DNA of 64,000 nucleotides from positions 224,001-288,000 of the forward strand of contig CAVSBL010000002.1 in the NCBI GenBank assembly GCA_963726255.1. Reading direction: 5' to 3'. The stretch's first letter is position 1; every line of letters begins with the position of its first letter. The stretch comes from Candidatus Bathyarchaeota archaeon. Its GTDB lineage: Archaea; Thermoproteota; Bathyarchaeia; 40CM-2-53-6. A program made the position numbers and the translations under genes. Under the pieces are notes generated by a model, which was not told the DNA's origin, ran no database searches, and was given only the letters and a program-made list of their open reading frames with translations. Of this stretch, positions 9,949-19,407 are shown one piece after another.

Positions 9949-11670
9949 TTAGGCTGCTGATTGGTTCGGGGGTTGAAACGTTGGTGGTAGCGCTTCCTTG
10001 AACCAGTCGGGTATGTATGGCCAGCAGTCTATGACGAGTTTCTGGAAGTTTCCGTCCACCACATAGAAACCTGCCTTGTCATCGTCGGCTCTAATCGCCC
10101 GCCCATACGCCTGAATTACCTCCATCATTGCTTGGTTCTCATACCACCTCCTGTGACCCAACTCCAGACGGCGGCTCGTTCGTCGATCACTGAGGTCCCC
10201 GAAAGGGACCTTCAAAAGGATCTGAGCGTCGCAGAGCTCGTACTTCCAGTCTTGGCCTTCGTTGAAGGCGACGGAGACGAATACTTTTCCTCGGGAGCGC
10301 ATCCACTCCCGGAGTTTCTCTTCTCGGTTACGGTTCGTGTGTACAATTAGGCGTGGTTTCAGGTCTGCGGGAAGGTGCTCGACTAGCGCTCGTTGGTGGC
10401 GGTAGCTATGTGAATGGATTGCTACCTTGCCTTTTTCCTTCCTGAGGATCGCCGCGACCATCTTGACTGCCTGGGGCATGTTCTTCTCCCATTCTTGTCT
10501 TGACAGGGGGCCGACGGTTGCATCGATTATCGGGCGGTTCTTGACTGGGAAGGTGCTTGGCGCCTGGAGAACGCAAATCTCGTCCCGTTCGAGAATCGTT
10601 GTGAGGCCGGTCAACTCGACGAATTTCTCCGGGTCAAGGATGGTGGCGGAGGAAATTATGTAATACTCAGCTCGCTTCCAGATGAGTTGCTTCATGAATT
10701 CCTTCGCGAATACCGGTTGTAGGAGTAGTTGGTCGTTCCTGATCTGCCAGACCCATTCTGACTGCGAGTTCATGTAGAGGTAGTAGCTGGCGACGTATCG
10801 CTCAATGAGTTCCTTGTTCTCGGTTTGTATTACAGAGAGTCCTGAGGCCTCGGATTTATGTTTCAGCTGCTCCAAGAGTTTGCTTAGTTTCGACTCCAAG
10901 TTTTCCAGGAATCTTCCTAGGCCTACGTCCGACTCCACTTCGCGGAGGGCGGGGAGTATTTCGTCGTAGATGTCGTACGGTATCGAGAACGGGGATAGGC
11001 GAACTGAGATGTGGTTGAGGCATTGCTCTTCCAAGTTGTGTGCTTCGTCCAGAACCATCAAGGGCCTGGTTCCGAGGTAGGTTTCACTTCGGCCCTCCGT
11101 CTGGCCCTCCGAAATGAGGTATGCGAGGCTGAGGAGGACGCTCGGAGCTTTGAGCGCGCGCATCTTCTGCATCCAGTACGGGCAGATGTCCACGCGTTCG
11201 TTGCAGGGGTACTGCTCGGTCTCACATTTCCCGACCTGCACACCTCTACTCGGGTTGTAGTAGCATCGGTAGTTCTGTCTGCCTTTGATCTCCACAAATC
11301 GCTTCTCCAAAAAGGGGTCTCGCATGATCTGGTCAATTAAGGCGAGTTGGGGTGTTGCATAGAAGGAACGGGTGGCCGATGTGAAGGAGGCGTTTACGTA
11401 GGATTTTCCAGCGCCTGTCGGGGCTACGAGGAGTATGCACTTTACGCCGGAAGTGAACGCTTCGACCATCTTAGTAATAGTTTCCTTTTGGTGTTGGCGA
11501 AAAGTTCGGCTCGGAAATAGGTCAAGCACGTCCTGCGGAGTTAGTTGGTTTGGATTAATCTCCTTCGAGTGGACGGGCGGTCTGCTCCTTGGCCCACAAG
11601 TTGCGCATTGCGTGAGGCCCGCTGGGATGTAAGCTCCACAGTCTCGGCAGAAATCAACCATCACTAGCAC
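9949..11670 (-). CDS. DinG/Rad3-family SF2 helicase with N-terminal Zn ribbon and Fe-S cysteines
   Basis: APTGAGKS, DEAH, SAT and QAYGRAIR motifs; four Cys after KGRQNY. Confidence 0.92.
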   Translation of the reverse strand: MLVMVDFCRDCGAYIPAGLTQCATCGPRSRPPVHSKEINPNQLTPQDVLDLFPSRTFRQHQKETITKMVEAFTSGVKCILLVAPTGAGKSYVNASFTSATRSFYATPQLALIDQIMRDPFLEKRFVEIKGRQNYRCYYNPSRGVQVGKCETEQYPCNERVDICPYWMQKMRALKAPSVLLSLAYLISEGQTEGRSETYLGTRPLMVLDEAHNLEEQCLNHISVRLSPFSIPYDIYDEILPALREVESDVGLGRFLENLESKLSKLLEQLKHKSEASGLSVIQTENKELIERYVASYYLYMNSQSEWVWQIRNDQLLLQPVFAKEFMKQLIWKRAEYYIISSATILDPEKFVELTGLTTILERDEICVLQAPSTFPVKNRPIIDATVGPLSRQEWEKNMPQAVKMVAAILRKEKGKVAIHSHSYRHQRALVEHLPADLKPRLIVHTNRNREEKLREWMRSRGKVFVSVAFNEGQDWKYELCDAQILLKVPFGDLSDRRTSRRLELGHRRWYENQAMMEVIQAYGRAIRADDDKAGFYVVDGNFQKLVIDCWPYIPDWFKEALPPTFQPPNQSAA

Positions 11671-11881
11671 CTAATCTAACTGTGGAAGCCGTTAGTTTCC
11701 CCTGTGTTCTGTTCGTGTGCGAGACATGGTTCTTAGTTAAATTTCTTGAGGGCTGTAGGATTGTCGATGTTTTCGTTCCTCGGTCTCCCTCATTCGTCCC
11801 CAACGGGGATGGGACGCAACCGTAAAGAATGTCGAACTAAATTGCTGGTTTGAACTTGATGCTCATGCATCGGTTGGTGGT

Positions 11882-13063
11882 ATGTCCCGCTTGTTGAATC
11901 CGAGTTTTCGTCGGGTGCTCCCAGCCTATGTTACTCTGTTTCTGTGGAGTGTTTCTTGGTCTGTTACAATCACGGGCCCTGTGCTGCCTCTCTACATTGA
12001 ATCGCTTGGAATTGGAATCGTCGGATGGAGCACGTTGGCCGCTGCGTTCGCTTTGGGGATGTTTCTTTTCGAATGGATGTGGGGGAACCTAAGTGACAGA
12101 ACTAATCGGAAACATCTCATGATTTTTTCGCTGATATGCATGAGTGCAATCCTTGTACTCTACACGCATCACGGTTCCTTTTTCTTCTTCCTAATTCTGC
12201 AACTACTTACAGGAGCGGTTGGAGTCGTAATCGGACCAACAACCAGAACATCTGTTTCGGAGGAATCTTCCTCGAACTCCGCCGGGCTCTATGCGAGTCT
12301 TTGGTGGGTTTTTCTCTCAATCGGCAGCATCATAGGCCCTTTAATCGGCACGTACATTGCCCAAACCTGGTCGTTTGAATACTCGTTCTACGCCTCATCT
12401 GCGCTGAGTATTCTCTTGATTTTCATTGTGCTCTGGTCGTTTCCTCGTAGCCGCCAATTAGCAGGCACCGTCAAGAGTATGAGCTATGGCCTTACTTCCA
12501 CCTTGCACAGGCGTTCGGCACAATTACTTTTTCTGTCAGCGATTCTTGCTTTCATGGGATTCTCTATTGTCCGCTCATTTCTTCCCCTCTACGTGTCAGG
12601 GCGGATGGGGATGTCAACCGTTCAGGTTGGGACGCTCATTTCAACTGTTGCTACTTCTCAGTTGGTTGCAATCCTGTTTCTCGGCTGGGTTTCCGACAGG
12701 TTTGGCCGAAAGCCCATGACTATCGTTGCGTTCTTGCTTTGTTCGGGCTCATTCTTGCTCTATCTTGTCGCGGACACCGCGTTCCAGGTTTTCCTTGTTT
12801 CCATTGCCGCAGGCCTAGGCCTGTCAGCATCGCTAATGTTGCTCTCCCTCGTACCGGATGTCACGCCCAAGAGAATGTATGGCACAGTCGTAGGCATCTA
12901 TGGCTCGTGTGAAGACCTGGGTATAATCATGGGGCCACTCGTCTATGGCTTAGTGTGGACTGCTATTGGGCCCATCTACATTTTTGTTGCAAGCTCAATA
13001 ACGCAAATCCTCGCGGCCACCCTAGTATTTGCAATTAGGCAACAGCGCTCCAGCAACCGATAG
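11882..13063 (+). CDS. MFS transporter
   Basis: GNLSDRTNRK and GWVSDRFGRK motif A repeats; 12 TM. Confidence 0.92.
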   Translation: MSRLLNPSFRRVLPAYVTLFLWSVSWSVTITGPVLPLYIESLGIGIVGWSTLAAAFALGMFLFEWMWGNLSDRTNRKHLMIFSLICMSAILVLYTHHGSFFFFLILQLLTGAVGVVIGPTTRTSVSEESSSNSAGLYASLWWVFLSIGSIIGPLIGTYIAQTWSFEYSFYASSALSILLIFIVLWSFPRSRQLAGTVKSMSYGLTSTLHRRSAQLLFLSAILAFMGFSIVRSFLPLYVSGRMGMSTVQVGTLISTVATSQLVAILFLGWVSDRFGRKPMTIVAFLLCSGSFLLYLVADTAFQVFLVSIAAGLGLSASLMLLSLVPDVTPKRMYGTVVGIYGSCEDLGIIMGPLVYGLVWTAIGPIYIFVASSITQILAATLVFAIRQQRSSNR

Positions 13064-13282
13064 CGGATCGAAATGATGTCTAGAATATCTTATACACTAC
13101 CATTCGGGGCGGAACAGTAATCTGGGTCAATGGCTTATCTAGAGCACGGGCCGGTAATGACAGCGTTCTCCTATCCAATCCGGTTCATGCGGAGAATAGT
13201 CGCACCCTTATAGTTCGCAACCACAGCGAATCTCTCTTCATATACTCAACCGAGCCCTGGGGGAAGCTAGGCGTGGTGTAGT

Positions 13283-13753
13283 TTGGTGAATCCAATAGCG
13301 GTTCTGGAGACGAGCATGGGCGTGATCAAGTTGGAGTTGTTCACCACTGAAACTCCGATCACAGTTCAAAACTTCATGAAACTCTGCAAGAACGGCTTCT
13401 ATGATAACCTAACCTTCCACCGTGTTATTGACGGTTTCATGATTCAAGGCGGCTGTCCACGCGGAGACGGGTCAGGCGGCCCAGGCTATGTTATCAAGGA
13501 CGAGTTTGTGGCAAGCCTGAAACATAACGCGCCAGGTATGCTATCAATGGCAAACGCCGGGCCAAACACTGGCGGCTCACAATTCTTCATCACACTCGCA
13601 CCCACACCCTGGCTCGACGGAAAACACACCATATTCGGAAAAGTCATCGAGGGCATGGATGTCGTGCAATCAATCGGCAAAGTTCGAACGGACAATCACG
13701 ACCGGCCTCTCGAAGCCGTGAAGCTAAAATCCGCCAACATCATTGAACCATAG
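13283..13753 (+). CDS. Cyclophilin-type peptidyl-prolyl cis-trans isomerase
   Basis: [30 protein letters not shown] and [10 protein letters not shown]. Confidence 0.97.
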   Translation: MVNPIAVLETSMGVIKLELFTTETPITVQNFMKLCKNGFYDNLTFHRVIDGFMIQGGCPRGDGSGGPGYVIKDEFVASLKHNAPGMLSMANAGPNTGGSQFFITLAPTPWLDGKHTIFGKVIEGMDVVQSIGKVRTDNHDRPLEAVKLKSANIIEP

Positions 13754-13804
13754 GCATCGATCTCTCTCTACGTCATGTTCCTCAGTTGGCGTGCGATACG
13801 CGCT

Positions 13805-14515
13805 CTATCGTGTCAGAGAGGCTTTTCTTTTCAGGTATTGGATGAAATGTGGCGGGTCAATTGACTTCGGGCAGGCGTCCGCGCAGTTGAAGACGGTGTG
13901 GCATCGCCAGACGCCATCTTCGCATCCGACCAACATGAGGCGCTCGCGTTTGGCGGTATCCCTGCTGTCAGCAATGAAACGTGCGGCTTTCACGAGTGCG
14001 GCGGGGCCGGGGTACGATGGGTCGGTCCATGTCATGGGGCAAGATGAGAAGCAGGCTGCGCAATCGATGCAGTCGATGGCGACGTCAATCGCTTGCCTTT
14101 GCTTCTGTGATTGTAAGAATTCTCTTTCCGGGTACGGTTCATGGCTTTCGAAGTAGGGTTTCACCATGCCCATCTTTTGGAAGAAGGGGTGAAGGTCAAC
14201 TACCAAGTCGCGGATGATAGGTAGATGCGGTAAGGGTCCGATGGTGATCGTTGAACCTAGCGTGTCGATCTGGGTTTTGCACGCGAGTCGTTGCCGTCCG
14301 TTGATGTAAGTGGTGCAGCTTCCGCATACCGCGCTTCTACACGAATAGCGGAAAGCAAGCGTCCCGTCTTCTTTCTCAAGGACCTGGAACAACGCATCTA
14401 GAACGGTCATGCCGGGTTTTGTGGGGACATCGAAGGCGTCATAGTGTGGTTCCGCTTCGTTCTTCGGATCGTAGCGTTGAATCCTTAGGCGAACGGTGTT
14501 AGACCGGGGCGTCAA
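13805..14515 (-). CDS. sdhB: Succinate dehydrogenase/fumarate reductase iron-sulfur subunit
   Basis: CRSAVCGSC [2Fe-2S], CIDCAACFSSCP [4Fe-4S], CHTVFNCADACP [3Fe-4S]. Confidence 0.95.
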   Translation of the reverse strand: MTPRSNTVRLRIQRYDPKNEAEPHYDAFDVPTKPGMTVLDALFQVLEKEDGTLAFRYSCRSAVCGSCTTYINGRQRLACKTQIDTLGSTITIGPLPHLPIIRDLVVDLHPFFQKMGMVKPYFESHEPYPEREFLQSQKQRQAIDVAIDCIDCAACFSSCPMTWTDPSYPGPAALVKAARFIADSRDTAKRERLMLVGCEDGVWRCHTVFNCADACPKSIDPPHFIQYLKRKASLTR

Positions 14516-16194
14516 TACTTTCTCTCCTCCGGTTGGTACCGAGTTATCGTCACAGGTGAGAAGTCGATTCGGGCGCCGTCGGCCGTCTTGTAGACGAGCG
14601 TATGCTTCAAGAAGTTAACATCGTCCCGCTGCGGAAAATCAAGGCGCACGTGTGAGCCACGTGATTCTTTACGACTCAAGGCGGAGGCAACTATTACTTC
14701 ACTCAGTTCCAGCATATCTTCAAGTTCGATTGTGCGGATTAGGTCGAGATTGTACACCTTATGGCCATTTACTGGCCTGAGGTTGCGAAGCCTCACCTTC
14801 AGCTCCTTTATCGCCGAGGCTGCCTCCTCGAGCCCCTGTCTGTTCCTGAACAGGAATACCTTGTCGACCATTAGGCTTCGCATTTCTTCGCGAATAGTCC
14901 ATGGGTCTTCTTCTCCTCCTCCGTTGAAGAGCGCGGAGAAATGTTGCTGCTCTCTTCTCAGCGCGTCCCTGCAGCTTATTTCGTCTGTCCCATCGACAGG
15001 AATACTCTTTGCGAATTTTCCTGCTTCTTCCCCGGCTATTTTTCCGAAGACAACCGTTTCAAGCAGTGAGTTTCCGCCCAACCTGTTTGCGCCGTGAACG
15101 CTGACGCATGCGCATTCGCCCGCGGCGTAGAGGCCTTTGATTGTGGTTTGGCATCTTATGTTGCAATCCACTCCGCCCATTGTGTAATGCTGGGCTGGCT
15201 GGACGGGGATCGTTTTCGTGATCGGGTCGACGGCAGCAAAATCCATCGCAATGTCGCGTATGCCGGGGAGGTTGCTGAGAATCTTCTTCTTTCCGAGGTG
15301 GCGAACGTCTAGCTCAACATAGAGGCCATTTACACCTCGTCCCGCATCGATCTCTTTCTGAATTGAGCGGCTGACAATGTCGCGGGGAGCAAGCTCCATA
15401 GCCTTAGGGGCGTAGCGTTGCATGAAGCGCTCGCCTTGGGAGTTCACGAGGTAGCCGCCCTCGCCGCGGGCTCCCTCAGTAATCAAAATACAGGTCGGGT
15501 AGAGCGCGGTGGGGTGGAATTGTACAAATTCCATATCTTTCAACGCGACCCCTGCCCGGTACGCCATAGCCATTCCGCTGCCGGTGTTGATCATCGAGTT
15601 AGTTGATTTCCCGTAAATCCAGCCTGCACCACCCGTAGCTAAAATGACCGCTTTCGCCCGGAAGGCCTCTACTTCGCCGGTCAGGATATCGAGGGCTACG
15701 AGGCCTTTGACGGCGTCGTTCTCAACGATAAGGGAAGTGACGAGCCATTCCTCGTATACCTTCACATTTCGCTTTAGGACCTGCTCATAGGCTGTGACGA
15801 GTAGGTAGTGTCCCGTTTTATCGGCTGCGAAGCACGTTCGAGGGTAACCTGCCCCACCGAACGGCCTTTGTGCGATTTTACCGTTCTCGGTTCGGCTGAA
15901 GGGGCAACCCCAGTGTTCCATTTCAATTATCCGGGACGGGGCTTCCTTCGTCATGAGTTCGACGGCGTCTTGGTCGGCTAGGAAGTCGCTGCCCTTGATT
16001 GTATCATATGCATGCTTCTCCCAGTTGTCGTCGCGGTTCGCCTCAATGTTACCCAGCGCTGCGTTGATACCGCCCTGCGCCGCCCCCGTGTGTGATCTTA
16101 GCGGGTGGACTCGACTGAAGATACACGTGTCCGCGTAACGGGACGATTCGATTGCTGCACGGAGGCCTGCGAGGCCACCGCCAACTATGATCAC
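14512..16194 (-). CDS. sdhA: Succinate dehydrogenase/fumarate reductase flavoprotein (start may extend to 16206)
   Basis: GGGLAG, RSHTGAAQGG covalent-FAD His, QFHPT, TEGARGEGG, HYTMGG, HGANRLGGNSL. Confidence 0.96.
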   Translation of the reverse strand: MIIVGGGLAGLRAAIESSRYADTCIFSRVHPLRSHTGAAQGGINAALGNIEANRDDNWEKHAYDTIKGSDFLADQDAVELMTKEAPSRIIEMEHWGCPFSRTENGKIAQRPFGGAGYPRTCFAADKTGHYLLVTAYEQVLKRNVKVYEEWLVTSLIVENDAVKGLVALDILTGEVEAFRAKAVILATGGAGWIYGKSTNSMINTGSGMAMAYRAGVALKDMEFVQFHPTALYPTCILITEGARGEGGYLVNSQGERFMQRYAPKAMELAPRDIVSRSIQKEIDAGRGVNGLYVELDVRHLGKKKILSNLPGIRDIAMDFAAVDPITKTIPVQPAQHYTMGGVDCNIRCQTTIKGLYAAGECACVSVHGANRLGGNSLLETVVFGKIAGEEAGKFAKSIPVDGTDEISCRDALRREQQHFSALFNGGGEEDPWTIREEMRSLMVDKVFLFRNRQGLEEAASAIKELKVRLRNLRPVNGHKVYNLDLIRTIELEDMLELSEVIVASALSRKESRGSHVRLDFPQRDDVNFLKHTLVYKTADGARIDFSPVTITRYQPEERKY

Positions 16195-16220
16195 ATCATG
16201 CGATATCGTACCCTATCCCC

Positions 16221-16553
16221 TCATCTAGTGAACACCAATGGCCAGAAACCGTACACCCCAAAAAGAAAAGCGGCAAACCCTAACATCACCAGGCTTACGG
16301 ACAAGTAATGTCTCCCTTGTGACCCAAGTCCGAAATCCAGTACTATTGACCTCACACCGTTGAGGCCGTGAAATAGAGCCAGGCTCAGTAGGGTGAGGTC
16401 GACGAGCGCTCTCAAAGATGTGGCCCAATCAGTCGAAAAGTTCGACACCCACAGGTGCAGTCCCAGAAAGACCACGAGAAGTACCGCTGTGATTCGTTGA
16501 AGAATCCAGAGGCCGACACTTTTCCGCAAACTCTGTTTCATCTCTCGTTTCAC
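16221..16553 (-). CDS. sdhD: Succinate dehydrogenase hydrophobic anchor
   Basis: QRITAVLL..LGLH and FHGLNGVR; three TM. Confidence 0.9.
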   Translation of the reverse strand: MKREMKQSLRKSVGLWILQRITAVLLVVFLGLHLWVSNFSTDWATSLRALVDLTLLSLALFHGLNGVRSIVLDFGLGSQGRHYLSVSLVMLGFAAFLFGVYGFWPLVFTR

Positions 16554-16972
16554 CCACCGTGCAGCATTGGCAGGGCGAACGTGATGACGTAGGCCGTTGT
16601 GAGGATGGCTATGACCATCGTTACCCAGAAGAACAGCCTATGTTTCCGAACGCCAATGCCCAAGTCCAACAACACAATTCGGACACCGTTCAATCCGTGA
16701 AAAGCAACAATGCCTAGGATTATCAAGTCGAAAGCTACCGTGGTGGAGCCGCCTGCCCAAAACGGGTTTCTAAGCACGTCGAACACCTCGGTCATAGAAC
16801 CAGTCGTAATGCCAAAGTTCGCTTGGGCAATCGCCATGATGTGGGTGAGCAGGAAAAAGACCAAGTAGAGTCCAGACACACGTTGAATCACCCAAGCATA
16901 CATTCCAAGCCTCATGTTTCGCGGGTTCAGGTCACTACTTCTGTCAACGAGCTTCCTCGTCCATCTAACCAA
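16550..16972 (-). CDS. sdhC: Succinate dehydrogenase cytochrome b subunit
   Basis: QRVSGLYL..LTH and FHGLNGVRIVL; three TM. Confidence 0.9.
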   Translation of the reverse strand: MVRWTRKLVDRSSDLNPRNMRLGMYAWVIQRVSGLYLVFFLLTHIMAIAQANFGITTGSMTEVFDVLRNPFWAGGSTTVAFDLIILGIVAFHGLNGVRIVLLDLGIGVRKHRLFFWVTMVIAILTTAYVITFALPMLHGG

Positions 16973-16989
16973 ATTGATTCACTCTCCCC

Positions 16990-17199
16990 TCAATCCCAGC
17001 CGTAGAACACAACAGAAGCTGCATAGAGTAAAGCGGCGAAGCAGAGTATTGCCAATCCCGCGAATGCTGCGAAGATTTTCTCGTACCCGCCCATGTCAGC
17101 AACCATAGCTTCATATAGAAAGGCGAATTCGAGGATAATGAGCAACACAGCCAACGCTACCCAACCCTGGGAAATATTATCCGTACTGTGACCACTCAC
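16990..17199 (-). CDS. Small two-TM protein in the Rieske/cyt b-sdh operon
   Basis: 69 aa, two hydrophobic helices, abuts neighbouring genes. Confidence 0.75.
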   Translation of the reverse strand: MSGHSTDNISQGWVALAVLLIILEFAFLYEAMVADMGGYEKIFAAFAGLAILCFAALLYAASVVFYGWD

Positions 17200-17460
17200 T
17201 TACTCGAACCATCCAACTCTGTTGTGTATGCGCTCCGCCCGCTTGTCCACTCTATAGACCTCTCGTGCCAGATAGGCCACTGATGCAATTACGACGACTA
17301 GGTCGCCAACAATCGAGGCCGCGTTCGATGCGTTCAAGCCGGTTCTGGCGGCATGAAGGAGAAGCGGCATCAAGTTCGAAACCGCATACGTACCGACGAC
17401 AAACGCTACGGCAAGAAGAAGCATACGTGCGGCGCGCCTAGTCGAAGAATTAACTTTCAT
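17200..17460 (-). CDS. Small two-TM protein in the Rieske/cyt b-sdh operon
   Basis: 86 aa, ATGA overlap with upstream gene, two TM and a basic tail. Confidence 0.78.
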   Translation of the reverse strand: MKVNSSTRRAARMLLLAVAFVVGTYAVSNLMPLLLHAARTGLNASNAASIVGDLVVVIASVAYLAREVYRVDKRAERIHNRVGWFE

Positions 17461-17987
17461 TTTTCGAGGCTCCTTCTTATTCTTCGATTGGCATAAAGAA
17501 CCAAGAACACTAACACGGCCGCCGCCATGTTGGTCACGAGGAAAGCCGTAGCAAACCCAGGGTCAGTAAAGGAACCTACTTGGCCCGGCGAGAGGTAGCC
17601 GTAAATCGTCAGGCCTAGAAATTCAGCGGCCACGACGAATGCAACTGCAGCAAAGATGGGCCTTCTCAGCGGGCGGCGTTCCGAACCTCGGTCGATGAAG
17701 GGAACCGCTAGCAAGAAAATTCCGAGACATGCAAGTATCAAGACGCCGTAGAGGGGTTGGACGCCTTGGGTCTTTAGAAACTGGTATACCCCCATGAAAT
17801 ACCATTCAGGTTCAAGAATTGCCGGCGGATGGAGGGGGTCGAACTTTTTCCCAAGTTGGAGAGGAAAGAGGGCTACGAAGATTGCGAGTAGTCCGATTAC
17901 GGCGAATGCGAGGCTCATTTCCGCCAATAAGACATTTGGGAAGAATGGAACGTTCTCCCGGGGTTCTTCCTCAGAGGGGTCTTGCAA
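17457..17987 (-). CDS. Cytochrome b C-terminal part (subunit IV-like)
   Basis: PFFPN, PEWY Qo motif and VPFIDR...RRP. Confidence 0.92.
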   Translation of the reverse strand: MQDPSEEEPRENVPFFPNVLLAEMSLAFAVIGLLAIFVALFPLQLGKKFDPLHPPAILEPEWYFMGVYQFLKTQGVQPLYGVLILACLGIFLLAVPFIDRGSERRPLRRPIFAAVAFVVAAEFLGLTIYGYLSPGQVGSFTDPGFATAFLVTNMAAAVLVFLVLYANRRIRRSLEK

Positions 17988-18621
17988 TTCTATGCCTCCG
18001 AATCATCCAAAAGTGAAACGCCATCAATAGGACAAGTAATCCTGGGATGAGCAGTATGTGGCTGGCGAAGAAGCGGCCAAGCGTGTCCGTGTAGTTGTTT
18101 CCCCAGAAAAGGTAGGTTATGGTGCTTCCGAGTTGCGGAATCGAATCAGCGAGCCCTAAACCCACGCCGGCGGCGCCCACTGCTTCCTGATCCCAACGGA
18201 GAACGTACCCTGTGAAGCCAGCCATCACGGTGAAGGCGCCGAGTCCGATCCCAATGATCCAGTTGAGTTCTCTCGGTTTCTTGTATGCGCCGGTGAAGTA
18301 GACGCGAAGCATGTGTAGAATTGAAGTGATTATCATTCCGTTAGCTGAATAGAAATGGATCCCACGTATCAGCCAGCCGTACTTCACATTCATAGTGATA
18401 ACTTGGACGCTATCGTAGGCGCTGTCTGGTATCGGCTTGTAGTACATCGCAAGCATGATGCCTGTTACGGTTAGGAGAACGAAGAAGAGGAATGTGAGGC
18501 CGCCAAGGCAATACATCGGGTTGAGGGCTCGTTCGGTGATCTTCGTATTCAAGATTGGTTCGATTCTGGTTCGTTCCACAAACCAATGCCAAATCCTCTG
18601 GGAGAATGGGCGACGGCGCAT
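17971..18621 (-). CDS. Cytochrome b N-terminal part (b6-like)
   Basis: YCLGG, four heme His, YKKPRELNW, FTGYVLRWDQ, C-terminal IARPL. Confidence 0.94.
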   Translation of the reverse strand: MRRRPFSQRIWHWFVERTRIEPILNTKITERALNPMYCLGGLTFLFFVLLTVTGIMLAMYYKPIPDSAYDSVQVITMNVKYGWLIRGIHFYSANGMIITSILHMLRVYFTGAYKKPRELNWIIGIGLGAFTVMAGFTGYVLRWDQEAVGAAGVGLGLADSIPQLGSTITYLFWGNNYTDTLGRFFASHILLIPGLLVLLMAFHFWMIRRHRIARPL

Positions 18622-18627
18622 TCCTTC

Positions 18628-19128
18628 TCAAGCCTCACCATAGAGGGGAAGCCCACTCTCGTAACCGTCCGCGTAAATGTCCCCCTGATTGTCAATTTCG
18701 AGCTTGATCTTTGGTAAAGGCCGCGGCGGAGGACCGCCCAAAACGTTTCCCGTCTCGGGGTCGAAAACACCCCCATGGCACGAGCAGAAGTTCTGGTCTG
18801 GTTTACTCTCCCATCCTGCTACGACAGTTTTGTCGTAGTGTACTTGACATCCGAGGTGCGTGCATATCGAATCGAATGCCACAAAACCGTCGGACAAGTG
18901 AATGAGAACGGCCGGTCGGTCTTTGTGCGGATATTCAAACAGCAGGCTCGTGTTGACGGGCACATCGTTCGTATTGGCAACCCGCAGTCTAGGGTAAGTT
19001 AGAGGGCCGGTTTCATGGGGAACGAACAGAAACTGCCCAAGCCTCTCTAGCGGAAAGAGCAGCGCAACTGCTCCAAACAGGGCTGTCCCCTTTAGGAAAC
19101 TACGCCTACTGAGTCTGCGGTTTGGCAA
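18628..19128 (-). CDS. Rieske [2Fe-2S] protein with Tat anchor
   Basis: SRRSFLK Tat motif, CTHLGC, CSCHGGVF, GPPPRPL. Confidence 0.95.
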   Translation of the reverse strand: MPNRRLSRRSFLKGTALFGAVALLFPLERLGQFLFVPHETGPLTYPRLRVANTNDVPVNTSLLFEYPHKDRPAVLIHLSDGFVAFDSICTHLGCQVHYDKTVVAGWESKPDQNFCSCHGGVFDPETGNVLGGPPPRPLPKIKLEIDNQGDIYADGYESGLPLYGEA

Positions 19129-19200
19129 TGGTCGTACATGATGAGAGGGTAACGGTCTCTGTTTATTGGTATGGGATTAACAGAAAATACTATTCATACT

Positions 19201-19217
19201 TGGTGGGGCCGAAGGGA
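19201..19217 (-). repeat. att-like copy of tRNA-Trp 3' end (outer island boundary)
   Basis: 17/17 identical to 42772-42788. Confidence 0.9.
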
Positions 19218-19218
19218 C

Positions 19219-19362
19219 TGGCAAAACAGGCTACATAAGAATGAACTGCTGAGCCATCAAATATCCAAACGCGGTGGCGTAATGCGCGTAAGAGTTGGAG
19301 ACAAACGGGTGTTCATCGGCGGCAAAGCCGTAACGATTCTCCACGCCGAACTTCATGAATAA
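19219..19362 (+). pseudogene. 5'-truncated PhzF-family gene remnant
   Basis: WQNRLHKNELLSHQISKRGGVMRVRVGDKRVFIGGKAVTI resembles the PhzF/YddE C-terminus; begins right at the att repeat. Confidence 0.72.
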
Positions 19363-19407
19363 CCACTTAAAGAATGCACCATAGTTCATTCGTCAAACTA
19401 TGAGTGG

